DNA from: Candidatus Bathyarchaeota archaeon | GTDB lineage: Archaea > Thermoproteota > Bathyarchaeia > Bathyarchaeales > Bathycorpusculaceae | Length of the DNA: 64,000 nucleotides | NCBI GenBank assembly: GCA_963720565.1 | Contig: CAVRFW010000002.1 | Location: 32,001 to 96,000, forward strand | Direction: 5' to 3' | Part shown: positions 62,661-64,000 of the stretch, piece by piece | Position numbering within the stretch: the first letter of the stretch is position 1 | Layout of the letters: the number at the start of each line of letters is the position of its first letter | Position numbers and translations under genes: made by a program | Notes under the pieces: generated by a model | What the model was told of the DNA's origin: nothing | What the model saw: only the letters and a program-made list of their open reading frames with translations | Databases searched by the model: none

Positions 62661-64000
62661 TTAGTGGATGCTTATGTAAATTCTTTTTCCATCAAGTTCT
62701 GACTCGTGCCAATCAGCTTTAACTGTCGCGCGATCGTCATGCAAATACACCTTCTTGGTACGAACAAGCCCAGCCATCTCATTCAAGTAAGACTCTGTGA
62801 GATCTCGACTTTCAGCATCAAGCTCGGCTATGTGAACCCCATCAAGCACTTCGGTCGGCACGAAACCCAGCTCTTTCCTCAATGCTTGAACACGACGAGC
62901 TAAATCCCGCATTATTCCTTGACCAAGCAACGTTTCGTCGCGTTGCCGGTTTACAAACACGAACACGTCGTCGTCTTTGGCTGATACCCAGTTCTCGCCC
63001 CCTACATAGTCAGGCACCTTTCCAGCGTATTCAACTGCCTTGACGTTGGTTTGCTCCAAAAACAAGGTCTCGGCGTTTCTAATTGCCTCTAGTGTCTTCT
63101 CCGGAGCGACCACTACGACGTTTGCCAATGGCCATCTGCGTTTAAGCTTAGCCTGTTGCCTAGCGGCGTAAACTAGTGAGACGCATTTGAGCAAGACCTC
63201 AAACTGTGCTTCTAAGTCTTTGTCTCGAAGCTTCTCGTTCGGAACGGGCCAAGACTCCATATTTATTGACTCTGGAAGTTTCGGATCAAGTTCTCTGTAG
63301 ACTTTTTGGTGCAACGCCTCGCTGAGAAAAGGGGTGATGGGATTGAACAACAAAGTCATTGTCCGCAACGTGTAATGCAGCAAAGAGTAGATGACATGCC
63401 GCCTTTCCAGAGTATCAGGATCATCAGTCCAGAGCTCTTTCCGAACCATGGGCACATAAAGCCTGCTCAATGTTTCAATCACAAAATTCTCCAGAATGGC
63501 AACTGCAGCGTTGAACTCGCATTGCTCCAGCTTTAGTGTGCACTCCTCTATCTTCTCCTGCAGCACAGAAAGCATCCACCTATCTGCAGGCTGCAACTCA
63601 ATCAAAGTTCTGTCTAACAATACTTTGTTTCCCGCGAAACAGTATCTATCGGGAGAAAACTCGTCGAATTCGGCATTTTGAAGGAAAAACCTGCTCAAAT
63701 GATAGAGCGTAGAAAGTACCTGGTAGGGTCGACGATTGAGTTCTTGCATATCAAAATTCATGAAATCTATGGGAGAACATTTTCTCATAAGGTAAAATCG
63801 GCTAAGATCCGCCGAACTCTTGTCCAGAAGCTTGTTTGTCTCCAGTACGTTGCCCAAGCTCTTGCTCATCTTTCTGCCTCGGGCATCTTGGGTTAGACCC
63901 TGGAACAAGAAAGCGCGATAAGGACCCTCGTTCTTCCCCGTCAGTATTACATGTTCCAGCAGAAGCGAGTTAGCCCATCCCCTCGTTTGGTCTATACCTT
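62661..64000 (-). CDS. ileS: Isoleucyl-tRNA synthetase, C-terminal part; 5' end outside the window
   Basis: GIDQTRGW, KMSKSLGN, DRW, PITPFLSE, R....KRRWPL, G.MRDL.RRVQ.LRK. Confidence 0.95.
   Translation of the reverse strand, partial: GIDQTRGWANSLLLEHVILTGKNEGPYRAFLFQGLTQDARGRKMSKSLGNVLETNKLLDKSSADLSRFYLMRKCSPIDFMNFDMQELNRRPYQVLSTLYHLSRFFLQNAEFDEFSPDRYCFAGNKVLLDRTLIELQPADRWMLSVLQEKIEECTLKLEQCEFNAAVAILENFVIETLSRLYVPMVRKELWTDDPDTLERRHVIYSLLHYTLRTMTLLFNPITPFLSEALHQKVYRELDPKLPESINMESWPVPNEKLRDKDLEAQFEVLLKCVSLVYAARQQAKLKRRWPLANVVVVAPEKTLEAIRNAETLFLEQTNVKAVEYAGKVPDYVGGENWVSAKDDDVFVFVNRQRDETLLGQGIMRDLARRVQALRKELGFVPTEVLDGVHIAELDAESRDLTESYLNEMAGLVRTKKVYLHDDRATVKADWHESELDGKRIYISIH

Overview
Archaeal chromosomal segment. 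Gene content, GGTGA/GGAGG ribosome-binding sites, frequent TTG/GTG starts, and families such as DUF5752, DUF5658, the PRC-barrel/Zn-finger fusion, NosD-type surface proteins and a membrane-tethered ArsR suggest Bathyarchaeia; this is an inference. Recognisable genes: corA, a CaCA antiporter, a ZIP transporter, mntP, marC, a uvrB-uvrA-uvrC operon, a GH13 branching enzyme, an HtrA-like protease, a YyaL-like protein, the 3' part of ileS, and tRNA-Ala(CGC). No CRISPR array, integrase or transposase was found. About 14 conserved genes are broken by small indels, most likely read/assembly errors. Most notable: (1) a full-length homologue of eukaryotic prenylcysteine oxidase, co-oriented with a ferritin-like gene and a eukaryote/Bacteroidota-type branching enzyme; (2) many unannotated microproteins, including a 20-aa acidic peptide with its own promoter and RBS and a paralogous WHWCxNCTQYP pair, one copy with a structured GC-rich 5' leader; (3) an intact TRAM gene that can only start at a non-canonical codon; (4) a YegP-YegP/30-bp tandem repeat/membrane-anchor fusion; (5) apparent clustering of CGCG just downstream of stop codons. 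All family assignments are from motif recognition by eye, not database searches.
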